The position numbers and the translations under genes are program-made. 64,000 nt of DNA from Ramazzottius varieornatus (lineage: Eukaryota; Animalia; Tardigrada). How positions within the stretch are numbered: the stretch's first letter is position 1; every line of letters begins with the position of its first letter. Location: contig BDGG01000014.1 of NCBI GenBank assembly GCA_001949185.1, positions 1,085,378-1,149,377 on the forward strand, given 5' to 3'. The notes under the pieces were generated by a model. It was not told the DNA's origin. It saw only the letters and a list, made by a program, of their open reading frames with translations, and searched no databases. Positions 37,551 to 49,622 of the stretch are shown here, in pieces.

Positions 37551-39419
37551 CTTGGCCGAGCCAAGACAGATCAACTTTAACGGTCAATCTGCAAGAAAGG
37601 AGGATTACTGTACATGGCAAGCCACACGTCAAATTGTGCCCTGTATTACCACACCAAGTGACCGAACCCAACGTCACAACCGTGTGGCCAACCAAGCCAC
37701 GGAAAATACCGTTGTACCACCCGGGTCAACCAACGCACTAGCGTCACAGGCTATTTCCGGCACCGGACGATTCAACCTTGAACGCCCCAATGATGTTTCT
37801 GACGTCACGTTTCAAATTCCGATGTTGCGACAGCGAACCGACGGAAAATCCCAGCAAAACACATGGAAACTGACAGTCTGATGGAAATGAGCAGCTCACC
37901 TATGGTATCTCTGTTGGAAATCAGACGACGGGAAAAGTTGAGCCAATATGGAGGCTGGGACAAATTTGGTTTGTTGACCCAGTTGGAACGGCAAGGGGAT
38001 ACGTTTCCCAAGTGGGGCGCAAACAGGGAGCAGAGCACTCTCGACGCCACCGGCTGAGATCACTTGGCTAAACTTGCCGGAAGAATCGGAAGACTGGCCG
38101 CGGTTATGGCTTACGAAACAGAACTCTCACATTCACAACAGCATGAGGTGCGAGAAAGCCTTGATAGGCTGCAGGCGCGGCTGACGAAAGGACGGTCTAG
38201 ACTTCAGAATTTGGAGCTTGATCGCGATCTTTGGTCGGTGGACGGCGGATGTTTATTTTTATTACATTAAATGCCATAATCACATATTAGAGCATCACTA
38301 TTTCCGTCGGATCAACTAAAGTCTTGGCTGTTTAACATGAGATTTCAACGTTCTTTTAATTGCGGATCTCTTGGATTCTCTGACTTCTCGTGTTGACTGT
38401 GCCTATTACCATTCGACAGCTCATTATTTTATCTTTCGATCTATCCTTAAAAGTTTGGGATTGAGTAGTAGAAAACAGGCGAACTTAGACGGCTAACTTT
38501 ACAAACCCGGTATGGGGCGGCTAACTTTACAACCTTTCCCTCGTACTCATTGTGAGTACAATGTGTCAGTTTCACTCGCCTCCCGATTTTAGCATTTGGT
38601 CTTTCGGGTTGGGGACTTTTGTTTGCCTGCAACTCGATTTTGTCATTAAGTTGAGATTAATGACCAGTGGTCAGCGAAAACGCAGAACGCTAGCAAAAAG
38701 TTTTACGATTTCGGGTGGTTTCGGTGGTATTTCAGTCTTCGTCTTCTTACTGGAGGCACATACGAAACACTCGTTCTGAAAAAATCTGAAACAGTGAGGA
38801 CAATTCCCTTTACCGAAACCAAGCCTGGGATAAATTTTCTTGTCATCGGAATGCTTTAGAGAAAATCAAAATGGCAAGGACTACTTTCCCCAGGTTGAAC
38901 TCCACGGCCTGCCAATCTTCGAAATGTCTAAATTTCTTAAATTATCTATTGGCTGGCCCTGCCTCCTTAGCATTACCTTAGCCAACCAAAGTCTTGTACT
39001 CACAAAGAGAACGGTGGTATTTTGCGAACATGAAAGCCTTCGTGCTGTAAGTGTTAATAACGGAGAGCTCACCAGTAGATCTTAGCACACGGAATAAGAG
39101 GCATCTGTGTCAGCAGAAGCCTACTAAACATTTACAGTAGAAGGAACTCACTCGAAAATAGCCTGCAGGATTATGGTTACTTGGCACACCGTCAGACGAT
39201 CAATCAGCGCAAACCGATTTATTCGGGATGTTGAAGGTACGGCTTGCATGCGCGATCGTACTACGGGTTTGGTTGGCCGGTGTGGTGGCTGAACCGATAG
39301 TGTTGTGGTTCCGATTCCAAAGCATGAAAATATTCTTCAGTGCTCCTCTAGATCTCCTCGGTCTTCTGCCATCTTTCAAACTCTGCAAATACTGGTGGGG
39401 TTCAAGCTCCTGCTGTACA

Positions 39420-40951
39420 ATGCCGGACCCCATGGACTGGATGTACAAGAAGCCCACGATCGATACGGAGGCGTTCTTACTGGGAAAACCTGTCGACAGG
39501 TCTTTGGAGCAGCTAGAAAATCCCGAAGGATGTCCAACCAGCAACGAAGATATCGGTACGGTAGGATGTGGGACGTCTTTTAGATCCAGTGCCATCACAA
39601 CTGTGTGTGTTTACAGGTGGAAAGCCAGGAGCGCTGTTTCTGGAGGCTGCCGCCAGCGCCGCTCTCGAAGCCGAAGCCAAACTTCGGGAAGATCCGTTGT
39701 ATGCCATCAGGAAGCGAGAAGAGGAGCAGAGAAGAATGCTGTTGAATAATCCTGTCCGATTAAAGAAGCTACAAAAAGAGGTACAGTAAGCCGCTCTGGT
39801 AAAACAACGTCGTTGCGATGTGGTTAATCCTGTCAGTCCTGTGCTGTTTCAGATGGAAGAGCAGAAGAGGCATGAAGAGAAACGGAATAAATCCGCCAGC
39901 GAGAAAGATCTCCTGTCGAAGATGTTGAAGTTGAAGAACAAATACGGTGTCGACGTGAAGGAACTCCTCTCAGATTCTCCCACATCTTACTCAAGAAGCT
40001 CTCGCTCCAGTAAGAGCTCTCGGAGAAAATCGCCAAGTCCAGAGAGATCAGGCAAAAACTCCAGACGCAACTCCGACAACTGCAGTAAGTCATCCACCGG
40101 AGTTAATGGTTGTGTTGGATTAAGTTGCTTGTTTGTATGCTGGTAAAGGTCGCGGCTGTTCGACTTCTGTCTACCGGAGACGGACTTGTTCTGTGTTATT
40201 GTAGGACATTCCAGATCGAATCACGAAAGACGACGAAGTCGCTCCAGAAGCCGCAGTCATTCTCCCGTGTCCAAACCAAGACGTTCGCGATCGAGAAGTC
40301 CTCGACCGAAAAAGAGTCGGTCCCCACCAAGGCCTACGATTCCCAAACGTCCAGTCCCTCAACGAGCACCTCGACGAGCTGTCACTACTGCCATGTAAAC
40401 CAATACTTGTCCTTCTGATTTCCAACTCAATGCTTGTAATCTCAAGAGCTGTATGTTGCAGGTTTGATCCCGTGGAGCTGGAAAGAAAGAGAAGGGAGAT
40501 GGAAGAAGATGCCAAGGTCCGCGACGTTCAGCGTGCTTCCAACGTCACTACGTACAGGCAGAAAGACAAAGCTGACGAAGAAAGGGACAAAAAGGTGGCC
40601 AGCGGATCTTCCGGTGGTTTTATCCGGTACGATATCTTGATTTGAGCTGGAACCGTGAGCAAATGGTTCGAGACAGATTGTTTTCCAACTGGCGCACACT
40701 TCCAGCTAATAGCAGCCAAGAGGTGCGTCACTTGAGACAGCCATCTGGTTCAGTTCATTTGCCCACGAGGCCACGACCAGCCGTTATAATCGATACAGAA
40801 ACTCTGCTAAGGTGTGCCTTTTCTTGTTCACTACAGACCGATGTTAGATGCATCTGCCCAGAGCAGCACGCTGGAATCCCGTATACAAGCCAACCGCCAC
40901 AATATTCAGAGAACTCGTGCTGCTCTTGATAAGGATTTTACCAAAAGATGA
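39420..40951 (+). CDS. CWC25: Pre-mRNA splicing factor CWC25 homolog, multi-exon
   Basis: MDWMYK...EAFLLGKPVD...PGALF...AKLREDPLYAIRKREEEQRRMLLNNPVRLK; RS region; ELERKRREMEEDAK; C-terminal LESRIQANRHNIQR. Confidence 0.88.
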
Positions 40952-41034
40952 TAGGTTACTTTTGCAGTAGTATCGAGTTTTAAGAAGGAATATTCTGTTT
41001 GTTTCCGACTACAAAGCTTTTCTGGAAACTTCAA

Positions 41035-42243
41035 TCATTGAGGATTCTTCTTCACCGAATTCCTTGGGTATTCTGTACATAGATTAGTAGATACATCTTT
41101 TGGTTGAAAAAAGTGTAAGACAGTGTCTGTCGTCAGAGCTGCGTGGAATAAACCGCCGCGGTCTTTGACAGGAAGTGTGTCGACTTCAACATGCCTTACT
41201 TCACCATCATTTTCAAAATTCAAAACGTCAGCCGAAACTGTCTGTCCTGAAGAAACATTCTTCGCCAATGAGGCTCTGCTAAAAGGTTTCTTACTACAAT
41301 CAAAAGTATTTCCGAAAAGAATAACATTGGTCAAGGTGGAGTTCTCTCGGTTGACTTGGATGAGGTATGCGTAAAGCTCCGTGTCGGCGTGGATCATGTA
41401 GAAGAAGGTTGGCCGAACTGCTATTCGTCTCCCATTCTGCAAAGCAAAATTTTGCATATATAAAGCTACTTCAGGCCCCAGAAAGAAATTACCTCGTTAA
41501 CATCGATGACGGAGAAACCACAGTATTCCGACCGGAGATATTCGTTCTCCAGTGGAGAAAACGCAGGGTCGAATATGGAGACGGGCACCTGCAAGCAGCA
41601 TAGTCATCAGCGTATAGTTTAGCGGTTACAAGCACATTGATTGCGGAAGGTGGGGGCATACCTGAATGTTTTCCGCCAGCTCGCACAAGAGGATCAACTG
41701 CAGCTTGCACGACCTTCCCCAGTCAGTCGGCGTGGAGAAACGCCCTAAAGCGTAGCAGACGATCTCTTCAGGTCCCAGCTTCCCCAGGTATTTTACGAAA
41801 GCATCCTTGAAACTCTGAACAAGGTTAGGAAGAAAGTCCGCACAGCAAACTTGGGAGATTCTGGATCTGCGAAGAAGAAAGCCTAAGTGCGATTAGCTAA
41901 ATTAGATAGCAGCCCGGCAATATCGGCACAGGACGTCATCGCAATCACATGTTAAACGTACGTTAGCCCGATGACGTCAAGCGATGCTTACGATAACGTA
42001 AACAGCATTCACTGTCTAGCCAGATGAAAACAGCAGACAGGCGCAGTGCAAAACGTACCTCAACTTTATGATAGCTAGATGAATCTCATGGATGCTAGTT
42101 GCATATTCCTCGATGTGGACTTCAGTGAAGAGGGAATGAGATGCATACTTGGGCGATGGTCGTGATTGTCGCCCTGTCCTTCTACGCGACTTGACAAACA
42201 CGAAGGGCGAATCCTCCGCCCGTAGATCCCCGTTACCATCCAT
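41035..42243 (-). CDS. SRRD: SRR1-like protein, multi-exon
   Basis: EIVCYALGRFS...KLQLILL; SIFDPAFS; RPTFFYMIH..ELYAYLIQVN...LTNVILFGNTF match SRR1 domain motifs. Confidence 0.8.
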
Positions 42244-42642
42244 TAGGCTCCTCCTTGTCACAGCCAGTGCGTACAGAGAGCACCGGAGATCTTGTATATG
42301 ACCCATCAACCGTTCGGCCCGTTCCGAACAAAAAGATATTTTGTCGAGGACAAGATTTTCAATTTCAAATCACTTCCGCTCGCGGTCAAATCAGGCAATC
42401 AAAATCTCTGCTGATTTGAATGATTTCAGATAAACCGCCACAAGCCTGCTTGCCTGTGAATACAAACTGACAATCAATCTACGGATACTTGATTTAGCAT
42501 AAATTAACAACCGGAAGTGGAAATTAGGAAGAACACCCGTCAACACCGCTTTAGCGCCTGCGACTGGCTCCAAGGTTCCGTCTCTCCCACTGATCTCTTC
42601 CACGATTGCGGCCGTGTTGGGTATCTAAACCACATTAAGGAC

Positions 42643-43881
42643 ATGACGCTGTATTCGTCTCACATCCCGACGTCTTGGTTCCAGAAGTCTCTCCTGACTC
42701 TCGGCTCCGGCCTCGGAGCTTTTTTCAATCCCACACGCGATGGTAAGCTGTAAGACTGTTACGCTGCCACAGATGTTGCTGCAAATTGGCGTTATCCGTG
42801 TCTTGTTTCAGAGTTCATAGCTACGTTTGGTGAGACGACTTCTAATCAAGCATTAGTATTTATGCGGCGAAAAATGGTGGAAGATCCCGAAGGAAGGCGA
42901 ATTCTACGGTAAGATCACCTTGTGGAATTATTTGTATGCACGTGCACGTCGCACGCCATGCCTGCTGTTGCGCACATACGGCGCTACTTCCGGTTTCCTA
43001 CTGAAAAAATTCTCCACCCTTACTGACCTTCGCAGGGACCGACCTCTGATCAACTCCCAGACTCTCAGCAGTTCGTCGCTGAGGCATTCCCCTGCGGAAA
43101 GCTTTGGAGAAGCCTACTTAAAGTTCCTGGAAACAAATGTGAGATCTACAGTTCAATATTCGAAACTACGGGAGCCTATTTCGCATTGTTTCCTGGTTCT
43201 TCAGGCATTTTCAAGTGCAGAGCTTTTCCTCTTATCTTGTGCAGTGATTGCAGGGTGTGAGTCCGGACAGCAGAAAGCGGGTGCAGTTCGTGGATGACGA
43301 GGAACTGGCTTACGTTATGCAGCGCTACCGCGAAGTCCACGACCTCATCCACACATTGCTGGGCATGAAGACGAATCTGCTGGGTGAGATTACTGTCAAG
43401 TGGGTGGAAGGTCTTCAGTTCGGTCTTCCCATGTGCGTGACAGCGGGCGTCTTCGGGCCTGTTCGTCTCAAACCAAAGTAAGCCTTGTCACTGCCGTCAG
43501 AACCCTTGAAACCCTTGCATCAGCACGGCCCTAACGCTGGCACGGCCCTAACTCTGGCACGGCCTTAACTCTGGCACGGCCTTGTTCGAACAACCCGGAA
43601 ACTCTCTTCTTTCTTGCAGGCATCGACAGCTTTACCTACGAACGTACCTTCCCTGGGCTCAAGAAGCCGGAAGAACTTCCAGGTTCCTCTTGAACGTATA
43701 TTTTGAAGAAAGATGGCACCAGGATCTCTGCCAGCTGAGGAAAGAGCTTCGGATACCTGATCCACCCAACTCGGCAGCTACAAATCCTTACGATGTGTCT
43801 TTGCTGTACAGAACTGATAAGTCAGAAATTTCCAACACTGATTTCATTTTTGAGGCTGAAAACAGGAGGATCGAAAATTAA
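42643..43881 (+). CDS. COQ4: Ubiquinone biosynthesis protein COQ4, multi-exon
   Basis: [21 protein letters not shown]; GETT; [21 protein letters not shown]...[18 protein letters not shown] (HDxxH..E); [10 protein letters not shown]. Confidence 0.96.
43523..43584 (+). repeat. 17-bp tandem repeat (GCACGGCCCTAACTCTG) x~3.6 in COQ4 intron
   Basis: gcacggcc cores at 43523, 43540, 43557 and 43574. Confidence 0.9.
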
Positions 43882-44471
43882 TTTTCAGCTTTTTTTGAAA
43901 GCATCGTTTTTTACCCTTTACGATGGAGAATTGGAAAACAAAACTTACGGCAGAAGCCAACGCATGCAAATCGCAGTAAGAGCAGTGAGTAAAATAAATT
44001 ATAAAAAAATACTCTATTGTCTGCAACGGTGTTTGTGAGACTTTACAAGAACCACCGACCTATAGAAGCTTGATTTTAAAAAGGACCCCCTGTTGAAGCT
44101 GAACTAGGTCTCTGGTAAAGGATAAAACTACTGCGGTCTTCCCTTCAGTCCGACCAGACAAAGGAAAAGCACTGGAAACAAAGAATGTTCTTTTCTGGTA
44201 GGGAAGAAGACCCAGATTATCTTTTTCTAGAAAGACAAATAATGAAGTTACATGCATGCTCCAGGCAAAGCTTTCGCTTTCCAATGTTGCGGGAAGCAAT
44301 ATAAGAAGGCTTGATGCTCCAATCCGACATCGTCAGTTTTTCAGGTTTCATTTCCATTTCGAGTTTTCAGCTCAAGTCTCGCATTTGAAACAGGTCTCCC
44401 CTTTTTTACTCTTGTGGAGCATCGGTCTAGCTTGCTTCACGGTCAAGTACAGTGCCAGTTTTAGCTTGAAC

Positions 44472-45353
44472 ATGTCGACTCTCCCAGCGGTAAGTTTGCT
44501 GTGGCCAAAGCGTAGCGATATACATTGATTGAGCAATGTGCTTGATTGACTGAGTCTCGCTTCCTCCTTGCAGGTTTCCATGCTGGTCGTCGTGGCCTTG
44601 CTGGCCAACCTTGACTTGTCTGTGGGCCAGTTCGGCACCGTCTTCCCCTTCAACATGGTCCCTGGTGGTCTTCGCATCCCCTTCATCGGTGGAGGCTACG
44701 CTCAACCAGCCGGCGGCCTGATCGGTCAAGGCTTGGGCTTCGGTGGACAGCAGAATCAGGGCTGGAACGCACCACCTCCCGCCGTTGTCCAACAGCCCGT
44801 CGGATGGCAAGCCCCAGTCGTCGTCCCTCCTCCTCGCCCAGTAGGATGGAACGCCCAGCCAGTAGTTCAACAGCCCGTCGGTTGGAATGCCCAGCCAGTG
44901 GTCCAGCAACCAGTCGGATGGAACGCCCAGCCAGTGGTTCAACGACCAGTGGGATGGAATGCCCAGCCAGTGGTTCCAGTGGTTCAACAGCCGATGCGCC
45001 AGCCTGTAGGATGGAACGCCCAGCCCGTCGTCCAGCAGCCCGTCGGATGGGGCGCCCAGCCTGTGGCCCTTCAGCCCGTGGCCCAGAACATCGGATGGAA
45101 CGTCAAGCCTGCTCTCCTCCCCGTCCCCGTCGTCCAGTCCGGCTGGGGATCCTCCGTTCCTCAAGTGTTTCCTCAGTCCCAGACGGTCAACACGCCTGCC
45201 CTCCCAGCTACCAACATCCCCACGGCCCCGCTACCTGCAGCTCCGACCAATACGGCCAACGCAGCTGCCTTGACGACCCAACCCGTCCAAGTTCCCACCT
45301 TCCAAGCGTCACCGGCTATCGCAACGTCCGCCAACGCTGCCTACTCCAAGTGA
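44472..45353 (+). CDS. Secreted Q/P/V-rich protein with PVGWNAQPVVQQ repeats (structural protein-like)
   Basis: Exon 1 MSTLPA (44472-44489) spliced to a signal-peptide exon; about 8 copies of a 12-aa (36-bp) repeat; TATA-like aatataag at ~44298. Confidence 0.82.
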
Positions 45354-45891
45354 CTGCCACGCCTAACTCAACTTTGATCATTTTCTTTATCTTTCAGAGC
45401 TTTTTTGGTTTTCAGATTGTTTATTATGATACGATTAGCTACCGTTTTATTCTTTAGCGCAGGCATGCACCGTCACCCGAACAGTATTAAATTGGTTATC
45501 CGCACTTCATTTGAAATTATTTTCAGTCCAGTTATCTTCGGAGTGTAGTTGCCGTAGTTCCTTCGGTAAATTCCGACTTCCGAATGGTTTCCTTGAATTT
45601 CCTTGTCGAGCAGAAAGCTGAATCAATGAAGGAAAAACGTTGTTGCATGGAAAGAGAGAAACCTAGCGCAAAAGAGGGAAATTCCCATTGCTTAATGAAG
45701 AAAAGTTCTCATGGCTGAATTGTCTTGCCATACTCTACACTGGTGAAAAGACGTGATACTCCAAAATTTACATCGTACTCCTTACTCCCCACATCGTACT
45801 CGAAAAGCTTACATCTTATTCGACACTCATCAGCACTTGCGGTTTTACTCGTGACTGTCCAGAAGTGTGCAAGTTAAGCAGCCAAAGCGAA

Positions 45892-47093
45892 ATGCGTTGT
45901 CAACTGGGATGTGCTATACCTTCTCCAGTGTTATTACATACTGCCTTTAGTCTGTCCCTCCTTGTTCCATCATTTCAAGCGGGAGTGTCGAGATGCGTGG
46001 CCTGTACCAACTATGCCACCCCCTTCCAGGACGGCTATTATGACGATGTACCCACGCCCCACCAGATACAAGCTGACTGCGGAAGCGCCGATGCCAGCCA
46101 GCTGGTCAAGTACAGGAGCAACTGTGAGGGCTTAGCGGCCGGATACACCAGTGGAGGACCCACCATGCGCTGCCAAGTGGCTTTCTGGAATGAGGGCACA
46201 CAGAGTAAGTTGATCTTGACCTTTTACGCCCGTCAAGACCTGACGTTGGCAAATGGGACGTCGACAAAGTACGTGGACATGTTTGTCTTCTGAAGTGGCG
46301 GACGTGTCCATTATTGCCTGGCTGAAGGTGTGCGCCGCTGAGGGACACGATCATGTTCAAGCCATTTATCACCCATGTCTGATGTCCCAGCTGTGTCTTG
46401 ATTGATGTAGCTAGGGTTTTCCGCGGTTGCATCAACATCGGCGACCCAACTTATGGGACAGGTCATGTCGATGGTCAGTGTAAAGTCAACCCCTTGATCA
46501 ACACACCCAGCTGTATCTGCAATGTCGACGGTTGCAACGACTACTCCAACTTCAAGACGGTGGGGGGTAGCATGGTGGGCATAGGCGGCTCGTCGGCCGA
46601 CACTCAAGTCAAGCTGGACGCCAGTGGCAACGTGGTGGCATCTGCCACCGGCAGTGCATCGACTAACGGCAGTACTGTCTCTGCTTCTGGCAGCGCTTCC
46701 GCCACTGGTAGCGCTACTGGTGGAAACACTACTGCAACAGGCTCCAATGCTGGTAGCGGCAGTGCGACCGATGGAAGCAATAGCGCTAGCGGGGCAGATC
46801 TAGCTGCCCCTAGCAGCGCCAGCGCAGCCGCCGACGTGGCGGCCCGGGCTGCCGCAGTCAATAACGCAACGGCAGGTGGTAGCGCCTCTTCGGGTGTCGC
46901 CCGACAAGCAACTCCTTCGCAGGTCGCAAGGCCTTTTTGTTTTGTTCTTGTAGTAGTCACCATCCTCAGTTCGGCACTGTCAAACGTTCATAGCTGTTGT
47001 TGCGTTATCCTCATTGTTGTGCTGTTACGACTGTTGGTTGTTTCGCCTGTCCTCATCAAGGTTTACTCCGAATTAAGTTCCGCGGAAAAGTAG
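45892..47093 (+). CDS. Ly6/uPAR (three-finger, quiver/sleepless-like) Cys-rich surface protein with Ser/Ala/Gly stalk and hydrophobic tail
   Basis: Signal peptide; RCVAC...C...C...RCQ|RVFRGC...C...CICNVDGCN (terminal CN motif); low-complexity stalk; C-terminal hydrophobic segment. Confidence 0.72.
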
Positions 47094-47279
47094 TAAATCA
47101 ACAAAGTTAGGTATGCTTGGTCAGTTTAAAGTTCGCTAGCAACGGCCTTTGGGATATTATAGCGTAAGCGGACGACGAGACGAGCTGGTGAAACTTGAAA
47201 GGGCCTGATGGTTATTGCGTCAGTTAGCTTGTAATATCGATCGAGACTTATCTGCCTGTAGTACTTTAACCTCGCAAGA

Positions 47280-49540
47280 ATGTTTCGTCCGCGAAGGCAG
47301 TCGCCGAAGCTGGATGGGGGAAGTGAGCGAGGTGGCGGAGGGGGCAATAGCGGTCGTCCCAAATGCGCTTGTCCACCCGTTCGACAATGCGGCAACTCCG
47401 ACGAGGAACTGCCCGATGTCCGCCGTAATCGCATGAGCATGACGGTAAGCATCCATCCCCATCCCTCCTCGAGTAAGAACGCAACGGGGTCATTTGTGCC
47501 ATGCACCAATTATTGTAAGACACTGCCCCAAAGATTTGTATCTTGGCTCAGATTAACCAAGAACAAACTTCATTCCTATATGTACTTGTACACGGTGCCA
47601 AGGTTTTTGTAGAATGCCCAACGAGCATCTCGGTTGGAATTAATTGTTGTGGGTGGTTACAACGGGCAAAATTTTGACATGGAAGAAACGCGCAACATGT
47701 ACAAGTTCAACCATGCCGAACAATATTGGGACTTTATCGGCGAAATGCCGGCACCTCGCTTCCATCATTGTGCCGTCGTCCACGATCCCCACATTTACAT
47801 CATCGGTAAGCTATGCATATAATGCTTATTGCCTGTTCAACAGTGACAAGGAAGGACGTGGGTCTTTAGGTGGAGCTTCCGTCAACTGTACGGAAATATC
47901 GGCCATGACCGGTAACGACGCGCAGATTCTGTCACCGACCAACACGGTGTACCGCTACACGCCCGAAAAGAAAGAATGGGCCGAGATGCCGCCCATGGCC
48001 ACTCGACGAGTCTACCACACCGCCGTCTGTGCCTTTGGTAACATTTACGTCTTTGGCGGGCAAGACGAAGACCAAACGTAGGACCACAGTCTTCTCATCT
48101 CAGCAGGCCTTGACTAACCTGACGCCTTGTGCATCGACGTCTTTTGCAGTATCTTGGACAGTGTGGAAATTTACGATATCCATAAACGAGTTTGGAGCAC
48201 GGGACCCAGCCTTCGTCGCCCCTTGATGGGGGCAGCCGCCGTCGTCACCGGTGGTGCTATTATGGTCTCAGGTGGCATCACCACACCGACCGTCCTCCGA
48301 GGACCCACCTGCGATCGCTTCAACGTTATCAATCGCGTTCACTCCCTCGATGTCTACACACACACGTAAGCGCCACCGACATCATCATTTGTTGCAGCGC
48401 CACCAGACTTTTCTCACTTGCAATCGTGGCGACCACACTCCACCAAATCGTTATCCCAGGTGACGCATGTTCTCGGCCAATATTACCGAGAACGTACGCC
48501 ACTTGGGGAGAAAGGTCTGGTTGAGTTGCCAAGTGGCGCACATTCCCAGTGCTACTGGTCGAGTTTGCGTGCCCAACTTCCAGTTATCGACAATTCTCAG
48601 TTGTTTTACTTTGCAGGTGGTCATCGGTTCCGTCGTTACCGGTGCCACTGGTCCATCACTCGGCCTTGTCCATCAACGGTGAGGTCCTGATAGTCGGTGG
48701 CGCCACCGCCGGTTATCCCAAAGCCGAGGAAGCCGCCAAGCCGCATTTACTCAGTCGTTCCGACATTTTTTCCTTCAACGCCGTCACCAAAATGTGGGAA
48801 CTGGTGGCTACCATGCCGGAAGCCCGCGCCAATTGTGGAGCAGCTGTCATCGGTAAGTCCATCGAGTCCTGCCACAACTCCCACCTTTATCGAGTTGTGG
48901 CCTTTTTTATACGAAATATTCACCAAAGAGACAGCAGGTTCGTGCCCTGCACAGCCCTGTCAGCCATAAATTCGTAGGAAAAAGGCAAATGGGAATGTTC
49001 GGCCGCCCCCTACCTTCGCCTGAATGGCGCACGTTTTCAGTGAGATTTGCCGGTAGCGTGCGCCACTAAGACAAAGTGCCCTTGTTCGGTTTCCAAGTGG
49101 CGCACCCTTCCCGCCAATATTGGCTGGTAGCGTGCGCCACTTGGGGGAAAATGATTATGGCGAGTTTGTTTGCCCAGGTGCCAATTTATCTGGCGGGCTG
49201 GAAGCCTGGAACAGGCTAATAACTCTACAGTTTAATCCCAGCAGTAATCAAGTGCGAAAATAAAATGATAGCTGTTGTTGAAGGTGACGAGATTGTGGTA
49301 GCGGGAGGACAAGGTGTCAAGCGGCAGGAAACGTTAGACTCGATACTGCGGTACGACGTCTACCCGCACATTTGCGGCCCGGGTGTGGCCATGCCCAGTA
49401 GACGTGTGGCCCTCGCTCTCGTTGCCTTCCCTTCGTTCAAAGTACCTCCCAGGCCAGTTGTTGCCTCCAAGGCGGACATGGGAACCCAGCTAACCCTTAT
49501 GCACCCGCAAACTACCCTCGCTGGCTGGCATCAGTACTAG
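47280..49540 (+). CDS. Kelch-repeat beta-propeller protein (scruin-like), multi-exon; start uncertain
   Basis: About six kelch repeats, e.g. MPAPRFHHCAVVHDPHIYIIGG, MATRRVYHTAVCAFGNIYVFGG, MPEARANCGAAV. Confidence 0.85.
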
Positions 49541-49622
49541 AATCCTCGTATCGCCTCATTTATGCTTTTTCTCTTCATCGTCTAGATTTTCAACGAAAAT
49601 AGAAATTAACTGTCTAATGGCT

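Noticed and set aside
44750-45150. Argonaute-hook GW repeats
   Set aside because: The protein has a signal peptide, so it would not meet cytosolic Argonaute
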